Source: Dehalococcoidia bacterium
GTDB lineage: Bacteria > Chloroflexota > Dehalococcoidia > Lucifugimonadales > UBA3495
Assembly (NCBI GenBank): GCA_965199995.1
Contig: OZ241328.1
Coordinates: forward strand, 716,627-780,626
Direction of reading: 5' to 3'
Length of the DNA: 64,000 nt
The translations under genes and the position numbers were made by a program. The notes beneath the pieces were generated by a model that worked only from the letters and a program-made list of their open reading frames with translations, was not told the DNA's origin and did no database searches. Position 1 is the first letter of the stretch, and each line of letters opens with the position of its first letter. Of this stretch, positions 27,945 through 37,409 are shown in pieces.

Positions 27945-29771
27945 ATGGTCAGCCAGCAGTCTGCGGTCAATACCGAACAAGGCAACACTACGCGACAATC
28001 CACCGGACGCCCGGTAATACGCTCCACGGAGGGCGTCATTTCCAGCGGCCATTACCTCACTTCCATGGCTGGGATGAAGATGCTGCTTAGCGGCGGCAAT
28101 GCCTTCGACGCCCTAGTGGCGGCCGGGTTTGCCGCCGCGGTGGTGGAGCCGATTGCGTCTTACTCCCTGGCAGCCGAAGGCGTCTTTATGCTGTATGACG
28201 CCCGCAGCGGAGAACTGCTGTCTCTCAGCGGGCAGGGAACCGCCCCCGGCAAGGCCACTGCCGACTTTTATGCGTCCCAGGGCCTTGAGCGTATACCCAC
28301 CGGCCCCGGGCACCGGCAGTCCCATCTGTCGTTCACCTTGCCCGGCGTAGTGCACGCCTTCCTTTCGCTGGCGGAACGCTACGGCACCAAGCCAATCGAC
28401 GAGCTTCTGGCCCCGGCCATTGGCTATGCCGCTGATGGTATCCCCAACTACGAATATATGCTCAACCGGCTCGATTCCCGCTCGACGGCAGAGCAATTTG
28501 ACCTCTATAGCCCGGGGGGCTGGGATGTGTTCTATCACAACCAGCAGGTTCCCGCCGCCGGCACCCTATTGGTGCAGCCCGGGCTGGCCAACACCCTGCG
28601 CGCTATGCTGCCCGGCTCCGGCAACGGTCACGCCCTTTCGAGGGTTGAGGGTTTGCAGAAGGCGCGTGACGTGTTTTACCGCGGTCCGGTGGCGCAGCAG
28701 ATAGCGGACTCTGTGGCCAGCGTCGGAGGCATCATGGCTATGGACGACCTAGCGGTTTACAGGTCGCAGTATGAGACGCCAGTGAAGACCACCTTCCACG
28801 GATATGAGATTCACGGGCAGGATTCGTGGACGCAAGGCCCGGCTCTGATGCAGACCCTGAATATGCTAGAGAACTTTGACCTGCGGGAAATGGGCCACAA
28901 CAGCCCCGCATATATCCACACGGTGACCGAGGCCATCAAGCTGTCCTTCGGCGACCGCGAGGCCCATTACGGCGACCCGGACTTCTCCGTCATTCCCATA
29001 GATGGCTTACTATCCAAGGACTATGCCGCCGAGCGCGCCCGTCTGATAGACCTAGAGACCGCTTACCCGGCGCAGCCCGAAGCCGGCGATCCATGGCGCT
29101 ACTCCGTCAAGTCGCGAGGCGCTAACGGGACGCGAGCCGGCAATGGCCTCCCCGATCCGTCGGACCCGGCCACGGCGGATGCATCGGCGCGGGAAGGAAC
29201 AACCCACGTGTCGGCCATGGACAAGCAGGGCAATATGGTGTGCGGAACCATTAGCGGCGGCGCCTTTGCCAAGTCGGTGTTCTTCCCTGAGCTGGGTTGC
29301 GCTCTGAGCACCCGCATCGAGATGTTTAACTGCGAGGATGGGCATCCCAACGAGGTGGAGCCTGGCAAGCGCCCCCGGACCACGCTGGTTAATTACATAA
29401 TAAGTAAAGACGGCCAGCCGGTGATGACGGTAGGCTGCCCGGGCGGCGACAATCAGACCCAGGCCAATGTGCAGTTGATGCTCAACGTTATTCTGTTCGG
29501 TATGGACCCGCAGGAAGCGGTGGAGGCGTCCCGTTTCGCCACTCAGAGTAACGTCAACTCTTTCTTCCCCCACGCATATCACCCGGGGCGGTTAGATCTG
29601 GAGCACGGCATCCCGGAGACTACCGCCGAGGTGTTGCGGGCGATGGGCCACCAGATAGCCCGGGCCGTGGACTGCGGTATGGGCGCTACGGTATCCGTCC
29701 GCGACCCGCAGACGGGCTACCTCAGCACCGGAGCCGACCCTCGCCGGGCCTGCTACGCCATTGCCCTGTAG
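27945..29771 (+). CDS. ggt: Gamma-glutamyltransferase family protein
   Basis: GHYLTSMAGMKMLLSGGNAFDA and autoprocessing/nucleophile context EGTTHVSAMDKQGNMV. ATG 27945 follows AGGAG at 6 nt. Confidence 0.85.
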   Translation: MVSQQSAVNTEQGNTTRQSTGRPVIRSTEGVISSGHYLTSMAGMKMLLSGGNAFDALVAAGFAAAVVEPIASYSLAAEGVFMLYDARSGELLSLSGQGTAPGKATADFYASQGLERIPTGPGHRQSHLSFTLPGVVHAFLSLAERYGTKPIDELLAPAIGYAADGIPNYEYMLNRLDSRSTAEQFDLYSPGGWDVFYHNQQVPAAGTLLVQPGLANTLRAMLPGSGNGHALSRVEGLQKARDVFYRGPVAQQIADSVASVGGIMAMDDLAVYRSQYETPVKTTFHGYEIHGQDSWTQGPALMQTLNMLENFDLREMGHNSPAYIHTVTEAIKLSFGDREAHYGDPDFSVIPIDGLLSKDYAAERARLIDLETAYPAQPEAGDPWRYSVKSRGANGTRAGNGLPDPSDPATADASAREGTTHVSAMDKQGNMVCGTISGGAFAKSVFFPELGCALSTRIEMFNCEDGHPNEVEPGKRPRTTLVNYIISKDGQPVMTVGCPGGDNQTQANVQLMLNVILFGMDPQEAVEASRFATQSNVNSFFPHAYHPGRLDLEHGIPETTAEVLRAMGHQIARAVDCGMGATVSVRDPQTGYLSTGADPRRACYAIAL

Positions 29772-29779
29772 CATGGGGT

Positions 29780-29865
29780 AATTGGAGGTTTGTTCCAGCG
29801 GACATAGATCTGTCGCCGCTGCTTCAGCAATTGGAGGAAGGTTTGCAAACCCCCTCCAATTGCTG
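29780..29865. other. Cluster of nested palindromes with a triple AATTGGAGG motif downstream of ggt
   Basis: AATTGGAGG at 29780 and 29829, with its complement at 29853. Arms 29825-29837 and 29853-29865 pair around the inner palindrome GGTTTGCAAACC. A second hairpin lies around AGATCT at 29796-29821. Confidence 0.4.
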
Positions 29866-30005
29866 CGTATAGTAACCGGAAAGCGCCGTTGGAGCGAACT
29901 CCGAGACGGCGCTATTGGCTATAATGCGGTGGGAGGCGGGAACTGCCTGTCGGTCGGCCTTCCCTCCAAAGCGATGAGCCGGTTTCTACAAGGAGGAACA
30001 AAGAT

Positions 30006-31178
30006 ATGTTGGCTGGACTGACCGCCGGGGCCATTGCCGCCATTGTCGCGGCGCTGGTGTCGCTTCCCCTCCATTCCCCGGTGGACAGCGCCTTCAACAG
30101 CGCAACGGTGGCTGTGGCTTGTATGGCCCTCGGTCTGATTGCGGGGTTTCTCTACACCCGGTGGGGGGAGCGGCCGTTGATCATCAACGGCGTACTGGCG
30201 GCCATATTCATCGTTGTCCTCATCGTTTCCTTCATAGGCAACAGCCTGCTCGACCGCTTCCTTTCTTTCGTGTTGCCATTGGCGGCTATCGCTTTCGTCA
30301 TCATCGCCATTTTGACTCCTCTTATGACCTGGTACTTGGATTGGACGGAAGAAAATTGGAAGCGCTGGACTCCTGTTGCGGTGTCGGTTATTGCGGCGTT
30401 GGCCGTGGGGTTTGCCTTGATAACCCAGGGCGATGCCGAGAGCGGCGAACTGGCGTTGCCGCCGCCTTCCCCAGCTACGGCTGTGCCATCCACGGCTGTT
30501 CCTACAAGCACAACTGCCGCCCCCACAAGCACGATTGCCCCGACGGTCCCTCTTACTACTGTGGCTACCCGACCGGCGGCTACCCGTCCTTCCGCTGCGC
30601 CGACGAATACACCGGCGCCTGCGGAAGAACCTACGCAGACCGTCGCCGTTGCAGAAACCCCTGAAGATGGTCAGTCATTTGTCATCAGCGAGGGGTCGGA
30701 GGTTAAGTTCGTTGTTGAAGAGGAGCTAGGCCGCTCTCCTATTCGCTTCGACGCGGTCATATCCGGCACCGGGTTAACCGGCACGGCGAACTTGGACGGA
30801 ACACCGTCCGTCGTTACGCTGGACCTGCATTCGTTGTACAGCGACCAGCAATACCGGGACCAGTACATACGCAACCGTATGTTTTCCAGTACGCCGGAAG
30901 CTGTGGTTACGATAGATGAATTGCCGGACCTGCCGCAGAGCTTCTATGACGGCCAAGAGACCACTGGCCAAGTAAACGGCTCTCTTCAGATTGGAGACGC
31001 CATCACTCCGCTGGTGTTTGATGTAACCGCCAGGAACGATGGCGATGTCATAAACATCCTCGGCGCGGCCATGTTTACCTGGGAGCAGGTAGGGCTGGAA
31101 AAACCCACGGCCCGCTCCGTGGTCTATCTCGCCGATGAAGTCCGGGTTCAGGTATTGCTGATAGCCCGCGCTCCCTGA
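30006..31178 (+). CDS. Membrane-anchored YceI-like (polyisoprenoid-binding) domain protein
   Basis: 390 aa; about 4 hydrophobic helices, a P/T/A-rich linker and a C-terminal YceI-like block (..LHSLYSDQQYRDQYIRNRMFSSTPEAVVT..). RBS AAGGAGGA. Confidence 0.65.
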   Translation: MLAGLTAGAIAAIVAALVSLPLHSPVDSAFNSATVAVACMALGLIAGFLYTRWGERPLIINGVLAAIFIVVLIVSFIGNSLLDRFLSFVLPLAAIAFVIIAILTPLMTWYLDWTEENWKRWTPVAVSVIAALAVGFALITQGDAESGELALPPPSPATAVPSTAVPTSTTAAPTSTIAPTVPLTTVATRPAATRPSAAPTNTPAPAEEPTQTVAVAETPEDGQSFVISEGSEVKFVVEEELGRSPIRFDAVISGTGLTGTANLDGTPSVVTLDLHSLYSDQQYRDQYIRNRMFSSTPEAVVTIDELPDLPQSFYDGQETTGQVNGSLQIGDAITPLVFDVTARNDGDVINILGAAMFTWEQVGLEKPTARSVVYLADEVRVQVLLIARAP

Positions 31179-31254
31179 TCCGAGGGCTTGTCCGCTATCC
31201 CGCGAAAGCGCTTTTCGCCCTTTCCGCTAAAGCGGTAATCCATGCCGGCGGGAC

Positions 31255-32352
31255 TTAGCCCTCAATTGCGACAGCCTGCTTCCGCTCTGAAGACAGGCGT
31301 ATAGCGTCTACCAGGCGGTGCAGGTCTACGGCAGTGTCGAAGTCGGGCTGGCGGCCCCCCTGGCCTCGGATGGCTTCGCCGAACATGTAATAGAGTTGCC
31401 CCACGTTGTAGGGCGCGCCCTGAGGCATACCTTCCAGCACGAAATGGTGTTGACCGGCGATGGACAACTCCTCCAGTTCATCGCTCCCCCGCGCTCCCCG
31501 TAGGCGCACCGGGCCGAGCTGGGGGGAATCTTCCGAGTCGGCTATCAATGTACCCTCTCGTCCATAGACCTCAAGGCGGTATCCGCTGCCCGCCCACGGA
31601 ATGCTGCCCACATGGGCTGACACTACTGCGCCATCGGCGAGCCGCCCATTTATCAGGATGTTGTCGGGCGATGTCACTTCTAGGTACTGGTCGGTATCAG
31701 TCTCGTACCACTGGTCGCACTGGGTGGAGACGATGGCCGAAACCTCGGCGAAGTCGCCGACTACGAATCGCATAGCGTCCACGGAGTGGCCTGTGGCGAT
31801 AGTCAGGGTGTGAGCGCCTAGTTCGACGTCCCGTTGCCAGGTGCGCCCCGAAGGGCGGGCCAATACGCCGCCCCGAATCAGAGTCATGGAACACGACATA
31901 ATCTCGCCGACATATCCCTGCTCCACGAGCTGTTTCATCTGGAGCACAGCGGGGGCGGCGCGGGCCTGTAGCCCCACCACGGCCTGCACGCCCTTAGCGC
32001 GAGCCAGGTCTGCCAGTTCCACCGCTTCCTCTGTGGTTCGGCCCAGCGGCCACTCGGTGAACACGTGCTTGTCGGCGTTGAGAGCGTCTTTGGTAATCTG
32101 ATAGTGGGCCGGAACCCGCAGAACTACGGCCACCGCGTCTATTTCCGGATGAGCTAACATATCCTGGTAATTGTCGAAAGCCAGTTTCGCGCCGTACTGC
32201 CGTTGCGCTTCCTCGGCGGTCTCCTTTCTCGTAGTGCAGACGCCGGTGAGCTCGAACTCCGGGCTGGCGACTATGGCCGGCAGGTGGGAGCGGTGCGCCC
32301 ATCCCACTGTGGGACTGGCGCCAATGATGCCGAGTCGGATTTTATCGGCCAT
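31255..32352 (-). CDS. Gfo/Idh/MocA family oxidoreductase
   Basis: 365 aa; N-terminal Rossmann IRLGIIGASPTVGWAHRSHLPAI; EWPL motif FTEWPLG. Confidence 0.8.
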   Translation of the reverse strand: MADKIRLGIIGASPTVGWAHRSHLPAIVASPEFELTGVCTTRKETAEEAQRQYGAKLAFDNYQDMLAHPEIDAVAVVLRVPAHYQITKDALNADKHVFTEWPLGRTTEEAVELADLARAKGVQAVVGLQARAAPAVLQMKQLVEQGYVGEIMSCSMTLIRGGVLARPSGRTWQRDVELGAHTLTIATGHSVDAMRFVVGDFAEVSAIVSTQCDQWYETDTDQYLEVTSPDNILINGRLADGAVVSAHVGSIPWAGSGYRLEVYGREGTLIADSEDSPQLGPVRLRGARGSDELEELSIAGQHHFVLEGMPQGAPYNVGQLYYMFGEAIRGQGGRQPDFDTAVDLHRLVDAIRLSSERKQAVAIEG

Positions 32353-32552
32353 GATTCAACCTCTATTATGGGCTGTGCCTCGGCATACAGCCGGGCGATT
32401 TCGCCCCGATTATACATCGCGGGTAAGATACGCTCTTAAATTGCGGCGCTGGAGACCGGGCGGCAATGTCCCCGGAATGGCCGGTTGATTTTTGATGGCC
32501 GGGGCTGATAGAGTTATGCTGTCCCCCTTATTCGGTTGGGAGAGATGCAGCA

Positions 32553-32681
32553 ATGCGAAGAGTAATCATTCCGCTGGTGTTCGTGGCGCTACTGACCATG
32601 GCAGCGATTGTGCCGGTGGCCGCAGACGACGGCAAATCCGACGGCAGTCATCCCGGCGGCGGCTGTGAGTATTCGATGTAG
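32553..32681 (+). CDS. Candidate small secreted peptide (42 aa; below the track length cut-off)
   Basis: MRRVIIPLVFVALLTMAAIVPVAADDGKSDGSHPGGGCEYSM. GGGAGAG lies 8 nt upstream of the ATG, the N-terminus resembles a signal peptide, and a strong terminator follows directly. Confidence 0.35.
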   Translation: MRRVIIPLVFVALLTMAAIVPVAADDGKSDGSHPGGGCEYSM

Positions 32682-32704
32682 GCGCCTTCGGGCAAGCGAA
32701 CAGA

Positions 32705-32740
32705 GGGAGGGCCCCCGGATTCCGGGGGCCCTCCCTTTTG
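32705..32740. terminator. Rho-independent terminator (perfect 15-bp GC stem plus TTTTG)
   Basis: GGGAGGGCCCCCGGA T TCCGGGGGCCCTCCC TTTTG. Lies between the small ORF (+) and the glnA 3' end (-). Confidence 0.7.
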
Positions 32741-32768
32741 CCGGGATTAAGGGTTCGCGGAGCGGCAA

Positions 32769-34115
32769 CTACAACTGGCGTAAGTAGCGGCTGATTTCGT
32801 AGTCGGTGACCTGCGAACAATATTCTGCCCACTCTTTCCGCTTATTCTGAATGAAGCTGGAAAAAATATGGTCGCCCAGGGCCTCTCGCAACAAGTCGCT
32901 GTCCTCGGCCAGCGAGATGGCATGGCCGAGACTATTGGGCAGCGACCGGATTCCGAGGGCCTGACGCTGTTCCTCGCTCATCCGGGAGGCGTTGTCTGGC
33001 AGAGGAGGCGGAGCAGGGTAATCTTCTTCGATGCCCTTCATTCCTGCCGCCAGCATGGCGCTGAAAGCCAGATAGGGATTGCAGGCCGGGTCCGGCGCGC
33101 GGTATTCAATGCGCATGGAACTTTCGTAGCCCGGCTTGTATGCCGGCACTCGCACGAGGTCGGCCCGGTTTACGTGAGACCAGGAAACGAATACCGGGGC
33201 TTCGTAGCCGGGCACCAGCCGTTTGTAGGAATTTACCCACTGGTTGGTGACCAGGGTAATTTCCGGGGCATGGCGCAACAGACCGGCAATGAACTTGCGC
33301 CCCAACTCCGACAGATAGTTCTCGTCGTCCTCATCGAAGAAGGCGTTGTGCTCCCCCTGAAAGAGCGACTGGTGAATGTGCATTCCGGAGCCGTTGACGC
33401 CCGCGATGGGCTTGGGCATAAAGGTGGCATAGGCCCCCCGAATCTGGGCCAGTTCCTTCACCACCAGCCGGGCCGTCATCACGCTGTCGGCCATGGCCAG
33501 GGCATCGGTGTATTGCAGGTCGATTTCGTGCTGGCTGGGCGCGGCTTCGTGATGGGAATACTTTACCGGAACGTCCATCTTGGCTAGGTTCAGCACGGTA
33601 TCACGGCGCAGGTCGCTGGCTGGCTGGCCGGATAGTTGGTCGAAGTAGCCGCCATGGTCCAGAGGCTCCGGGTCATCGGGGCCTTTCAAATAAAAGTATT
33701 CCAGTTCTGTGCCGACGTAGTAGGTGTAGCCCAATCGAGCGAGACGCTCCAGGTTCCGTTTCAGCGCCGCCCGGGAATCGCCGTTAAAGGAATCTCCCCT
33801 CGGACGCCGGATGTCGCAGAACATACGAGCCACGGCGTTCTGCTGGGGCCGCCAAGGGAGCAGGGTGAAGGTGTTGGGGTCGGGGAAGGCGCGCATATCG
33901 CTTTCGTCGGAGCGGGCGTAGCTCTCGATGGCCGAGCCGTCGAACCCTACGCCCTCTTCGATGGCGTCGCGCAGGTCGGCGGCGTTGATGGCAAACCCTT
34001 TGAGATTGCCTAGAATGTCGGGAAACCAGAGGCGGATGAATTTGACGTCGGCATCCTCGGCCGTCTGCAATACGTAATCTTGCGCCGCCGGGTCGACGTT
34101 TGCGCGAAATGTCAT
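32769..34115 (-). CDS. glnA: Glutamine synthetase, type I
   Basis: 448 aa; FIRLWFPDILGNLKGF, GSGMHIHQSLF, NSYKRLVPGYEAP, ADLVRVP...RIEYRAPDPACNPYLAF. Confidence 0.9.
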   Translation of the reverse strand: MTFRANVDPAAQDYVLQTAEDADVKFIRLWFPDILGNLKGFAINAADLRDAIEEGVGFDGSAIESYARSDESDMRAFPDPNTFTLLPWRPQQNAVARMFCDIRRPRGDSFNGDSRAALKRNLERLARLGYTYYVGTELEYFYLKGPDDPEPLDHGGYFDQLSGQPASDLRRDTVLNLAKMDVPVKYSHHEAAPSQHEIDLQYTDALAMADSVMTARLVVKELAQIRGAYATFMPKPIAGVNGSGMHIHQSLFQGEHNAFFDEDDENYLSELGRKFIAGLLRHAPEITLVTNQWVNSYKRLVPGYEAPVFVSWSHVNRADLVRVPAYKPGYESSMRIEYRAPDPACNPYLAFSAMLAAGMKGIEEDYPAPPPLPDNASRMSEEQRQALGIRSLPNSLGHAISLAEDSDLLREALGDHIFSSFIQNKRKEWAEYCSQVTDYEISRYLRQL

Positions 34116-34317
34116 GGCAGCCTCCTGCTCCCTCCCCGCGCGGCGTTGAACGGAACGGGCCGCGCCTTCTGGATAGCTATTTTACCACTTGCCGCGAAAG
34201 GAAGGCCGCAAGATAAATCCGGCCCCGGGCGAAACAGCGTATGGCATAGTGTAGGCATTGCCGGATGTCCGTTATGGGAAAGGACTTTGCCAGCCCCGGG
34301 GGAGTTGGCTGAGAGGG

Positions 34318-34393
34318 GTGGCGCGCCTGGCAGGACTCGAACCCGCAGCCCCTGGGTCCGAAGCCCAGTGCTCTATCCATTGAGCTACAGGCG
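34318..34393 (-). tRNA. tRNA-Arg (anticodon TCG), CCA encoded
   Basis: Reverse complement GCGCCTGTAGCTCAATGGATAGAGCACTGGGCTTCGGACCCAGGGGCTGCGGGTTCGAGTCCTGCCAGGCGCGCCA folds as a cloverleaf: 7-bp acceptor, anticodon loop CTTCGGA, T-loop TTCGAGT. Confidence 0.9.
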
Positions 34394-34418
34394 CATTGGA
34401 GGATTCCGGGGAGGATCG

Positions 34419-34495
34419 TTGGGGCGAGCGACGGGGTTCGAACCCGTGATCTCCTGTGCCACAGACAGGCGCCTTGACCACTCGGCTACGCTCGC
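34419..34495 (-). tRNA. tRNA-His (anticodon GTG) with encoded G-1 and CCA
   Basis: Reverse complement GGCGAGCGTAGCCGAGTGGTCAAGGCGCCTGTCTGTGGCACAGGAGATCACGGGTTCGAACCCCGTCGCTCGCCCCA. Anticodon stem CCTGT/ACAGG, loop CTGTGGC, extra 5' G opposite C73. Confidence 0.9.
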
Positions 34496-34566
34496 CACGC
34501 ACTATAATGCTACCAAAAGCGAAAGGCAGTTACAAGCGTATCGGGCCGGTCTGTTTGCCGCCTGAA

Positions 34567-34596
34567 TTGAAACTTGGTGAAATAGACGCATACAAT
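34567..34596 (+). promoter_or_regulatory. Candidate promoter of the ABC importer operon
   Basis: TTGAAA - 18 nt - TACAAT, about 100 nt upstream of the SBP gene. Confidence 0.3.
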
Positions 34597-34678
34597 ACCG
34601 TGGCGAGATTGCGGCACGGCGATACTGCAACAGGATTGCGACAATACGCCTGCGCATTTTAGATAACGCCGGTAAGGA

Positions 34679-36412
34679 ATGGGCGCAGCAGGACGGGTGG
34701 GTATGAAGATCAAAGAGATGTGTAGAGCCACGGGAGCTTTCGGTGCATTGGTTGCGCTGTTGCTGCTGGCAGCGTGCAGTGGAGAGACGGAGGCGCCCCC
34801 TACCGCCACCGCGGAACCCGTTGGCGCCACGACCGCGCCTATGGCGGCCGGGACGGAGCAGGCCGTTGAAGCGGAATCTGTTCCGGATGAAAGCGGCTCT
34901 CCCAGCACCACCAGATTCGTGCGGCTCTATGTTGACCCCCCTACCCTTGACCCGCACCTGACCACAGACGCCACATCTGCCCAGATTATTGTCGAAGTGT
35001 TCGGAGGACTGGTTACAATTGACCCGAATCTGGAAATTGTTCCCGACCTGGCCGAGAGCTGGGACATAAGCGAGGACGGCCGCATTTACACTTTCCACTT
35101 GCGGCCCGACGCCGTTTTCCACGACGGCAAGCCGGTCACCGCCCACGATGTTATATGGTCGCTGGAGCGGGTTACCAATCCCCTCACGGAGTCGCCCGTG
35201 GTGGACCAGTACTTGGGCGACATCGTTGGCGTGGATGAGAAAGTGGCCGGCGACGCCCCAACTATTTCCGGGCTGCGCTTCATCGACGAGCACACCGTGG
35301 AGATTACCATCGATCAGGCCAAGTCCTACTTCCTCGCCAAGCTCACCTATCCTACCGGGTTCGTGCTGGATAAGGATAACGTGGAAGCCAACCCCCGAAA
35401 CTGGTTCCGTGAGCCTAACGGTACCGGCCCCTTCCGTCTGGCCGAGTACCGGGTGGGCGAGACGCTGAAGCTGGGCCGCAGCGAGAATTATCACCTGGGG
35501 CCGCCCATGCTGGAGGAAGTGGAGTTAATCCTCAGCGGCGGCACCTCGCTGCTGATGTACGAGAACGATGAAATACACATTGCCGGGGTGAGCCTGGCCG
35601 ACCTGGACCGACTCAACGACCCCGATAACGAGCTGTATCCCGAATTGCGGACTGCGCCGGCCAACTTCAGCGTTAACTATATCGGGCTGAATGTCAACGA
35701 GCCTCCGCTGGACGACGTGAAGGTGCGGCAGGCCCTCAACTTAGCCATAGACAAGCAGGAAATCGCCAGCATCGTGATGGGCGACCTGGTGGAGCCGGCC
35801 GATGGTATCCTGCCGCCCAACTTCCCAGGATATGACGAGAGCGTCAGGGGCTACGAGTTCGATCCGGTTCGCGCCAAGCAGCTTTTAGCGGAATCAAAGT
35901 ACGGCGGCGACCTGGAGAACATCCCGCCCATCACTATTACCACGCCGGGCAGCTTCGGGGCCAACGTCAGCTTGGACATGGAAGTGGTGTTGCAGATGTG
36001 GGAGCGGAACCTGGGCATTACCGCCGAGTTCCAGCAAACCGAATTCGCCACCTTTCTGAAAGACCTGCACAAGGGCCGCTTCCAAATGTTCGACATCGGC
36101 TGGATTGCCGACTATCCAGACCCGGAGAACTTCTTGGACCTCCTGTTCCATAGCGAAAGCTCCAATAACCATACCCATTACAGCAACCCGGCGGTGGACG
36201 AGCTGCTGATGAAGGCGCGGGTGGAGACCGACGAGACGGCTCGATACGCCTTGTACAGTCAGGCCGAACAGCAGATTCTGGAGGATGCGCCCTGGGTGCC
36301 GCTGTGGTTCGACGGCGAAAGCAAGCTGCTGGTTAAGCCCAACGTTCAAAACTTTTACCTGCCCCCGCTGATAATCCCGCGAATGCGCTACGTCTACTTG
36401 ACCGAGGAATAA
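34679..36412 (+). CDS. ABC transporter substrate-binding lipoprotein, peptide/nickel family (SBP family 5)
   Basis: 577 aa; lipobox LLLLAACSG; family 5 blocks (ESWDISEDGRIYTFHLRPDAVFHDGKPVTAHDV). ATG 34703 is the likelier start. Confidence 0.85.
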   Translation: MGAAGRVGMKIKEMCRATGAFGALVALLLLAACSGETEAPPTATAEPVGATTAPMAAGTEQAVEAESVPDESGSPSTTRFVRLYVDPPTLDPHLTTDATSAQIIVEVFGGLVTIDPNLEIVPDLAESWDISEDGRIYTFHLRPDAVFHDGKPVTAHDVIWSLERVTNPLTESPVVDQYLGDIVGVDEKVAGDAPTISGLRFIDEHTVEITIDQAKSYFLAKLTYPTGFVLDKDNVEANPRNWFREPNGTGPFRLAEYRVGETLKLGRSENYHLGPPMLEEVELILSGGTSLLMYENDEIHIAGVSLADLDRLNDPDNELYPELRTAPANFSVNYIGLNVNEPPLDDVKVRQALNLAIDKQEIASIVMGDLVEPADGILPPNFPGYDESVRGYEFDPVRAKQLLAESKYGGDLENIPPITITTPGSFGANVSLDMEVVLQMWERNLGITAEFQQTEFATFLKDLHKGRFQMFDIGWIADYPDPENFLDLLFHSESSNNHTHYSNPAVDELLMKARVETDETARYALYSQAEQQILEDAPWVPLWFDGESKLLVKPNVQNFYLPPLIIPRMRYVYLTEE

Positions 36413-36464
36413 GCGCCCACCCCTCCCCTGATTTGGAAGGGAGTAAAAGGAGCCGCCGCGACCT

Positions 36465-37409
36465 ATGGCCCCGTACATCCTGCGCCGGCTGTTGTGGCTG
36501 CCGGTCATCCTGCTCATAGTGTCCTTCGTGACCTTTGTGCTAGGCCGGTACGGGCCCGGCGACCCGGTGCAAGTGATGATGGGGACCAAGTATGACCCGG
36601 AGGCGGCGGAACGAATACGGGAGCGCCTGGGCCTGAACGACAACATCATCGTCCAGTACGGGCGCTATCTGGGCAAGGTCATCCGGGGCGACTTTGGCGA
36701 AAGCCTCAAGTACCGGGGCCGCACAGTGGCCGAGCTGCTAAAGGCCAAGATGTGGGTTTCGGCGCAGCTCAACATCGCGGCGTTGGCGCTGGCTGTCGGG
36801 TTGGGTGTCCCCATCGGGTTGTTCGCCGCGCTGCGGCAAGGAACCATCATGGACCCGACAGCGGTTTCAATGACGCTGTTTTGGCAGTCGGTGCCTGTGT
36901 TCGTTACCGCCCCGGGACTGCTGTGGATTTTCGCCTGGAAACTGGACCTTCTGCCCACTCACGGCTGGGGAGGATTCTTCGATACCCGCATCATTCTGCC
37001 CGCTGTGGTTATGGGCGTTGTTGGCGTGGCCCTTATCGCCCGGCTGGTGCGCGCTAGCACGCTGGAGGTTATCAGCAGCGACTATGTCCGCACGGCGCGG
37101 GCCAAGGGTTTGCCGGAAAGAACCGTGCGGCTTCGGCACATACTGCGAAACTCCATGATTCCGGTGATAACCCATTTGGGATTTTCCCTTTCGGGCCTTT
37201 TGACCACTTCTTTCGTGGTTGAGCGTTACTTCGGTATACCGGGCGTGGGCAATCTGCTCATCGAGGCATTCTTCGCCCGGGATTACCCCATCATAGATGG
37301 CGCGCTGCTGATAAGCACAACGATTTTCGTCTTGTCCAATCTGCTGGTAGACCTGATATATCCCTTCATGGACCCCCGGATACGCCTGGGTCAGAGCTAT
37401 GCAGCGTAG
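36465..37409 (+). CDS. ABC transporter permease (DppB/OppB-like)
   Basis: 314 aa; MAPYILRRLLWLPVILLIVSFVTF N-terminus and EAA-type loop SDYVRTARAKGLPE. Confidence 0.85.
   Translation: MAPYILRRLLWLPVILLIVSFVTFVLGRYGPGDPVQVMMGTKYDPEAAERIRERLGLNDNIIVQYGRYLGKVIRGDFGESLKYRGRTVAELLKAKMWVSAQLNIAALALAVGLGVPIGLFAALRQGTIMDPTAVSMTLFWQSVPVFVTAPGLLWIFAWKLDLLPTHGWGGFFDTRIILPAVVMGVVGVALIARLVRASTLEVISSDYVRTARAKGLPERTVRLRHILRNSMIPVITHLGFSLSGLLTTSFVVERYFGIPGVGNLLIEAFFARDYPIIDGALLISTTIFVLSNLLVDLIYPFMDPRIRLGQSYAA

Noticed and set aside
29782-30021. 79-aa plus-strand ORF in the ggt/YceI spacer
   Set aside because: It runs through the palindrome cluster and into the next gene's start. It has no SD and an unnatural composition.
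34116-34317. Glutamine riboswitch (glnA RNA motif) in the glnA leader
   Set aside because: I could not find the conserved motif core by eye, only weak hairpins. This needs cmscan and I do not claim it.
34502-35494. 330-aa minus-strand ORF
   Set aside because: It is antisense to the ABC substrate-binding protein gene and abuts the tRNA-His flank. It has no family signal.
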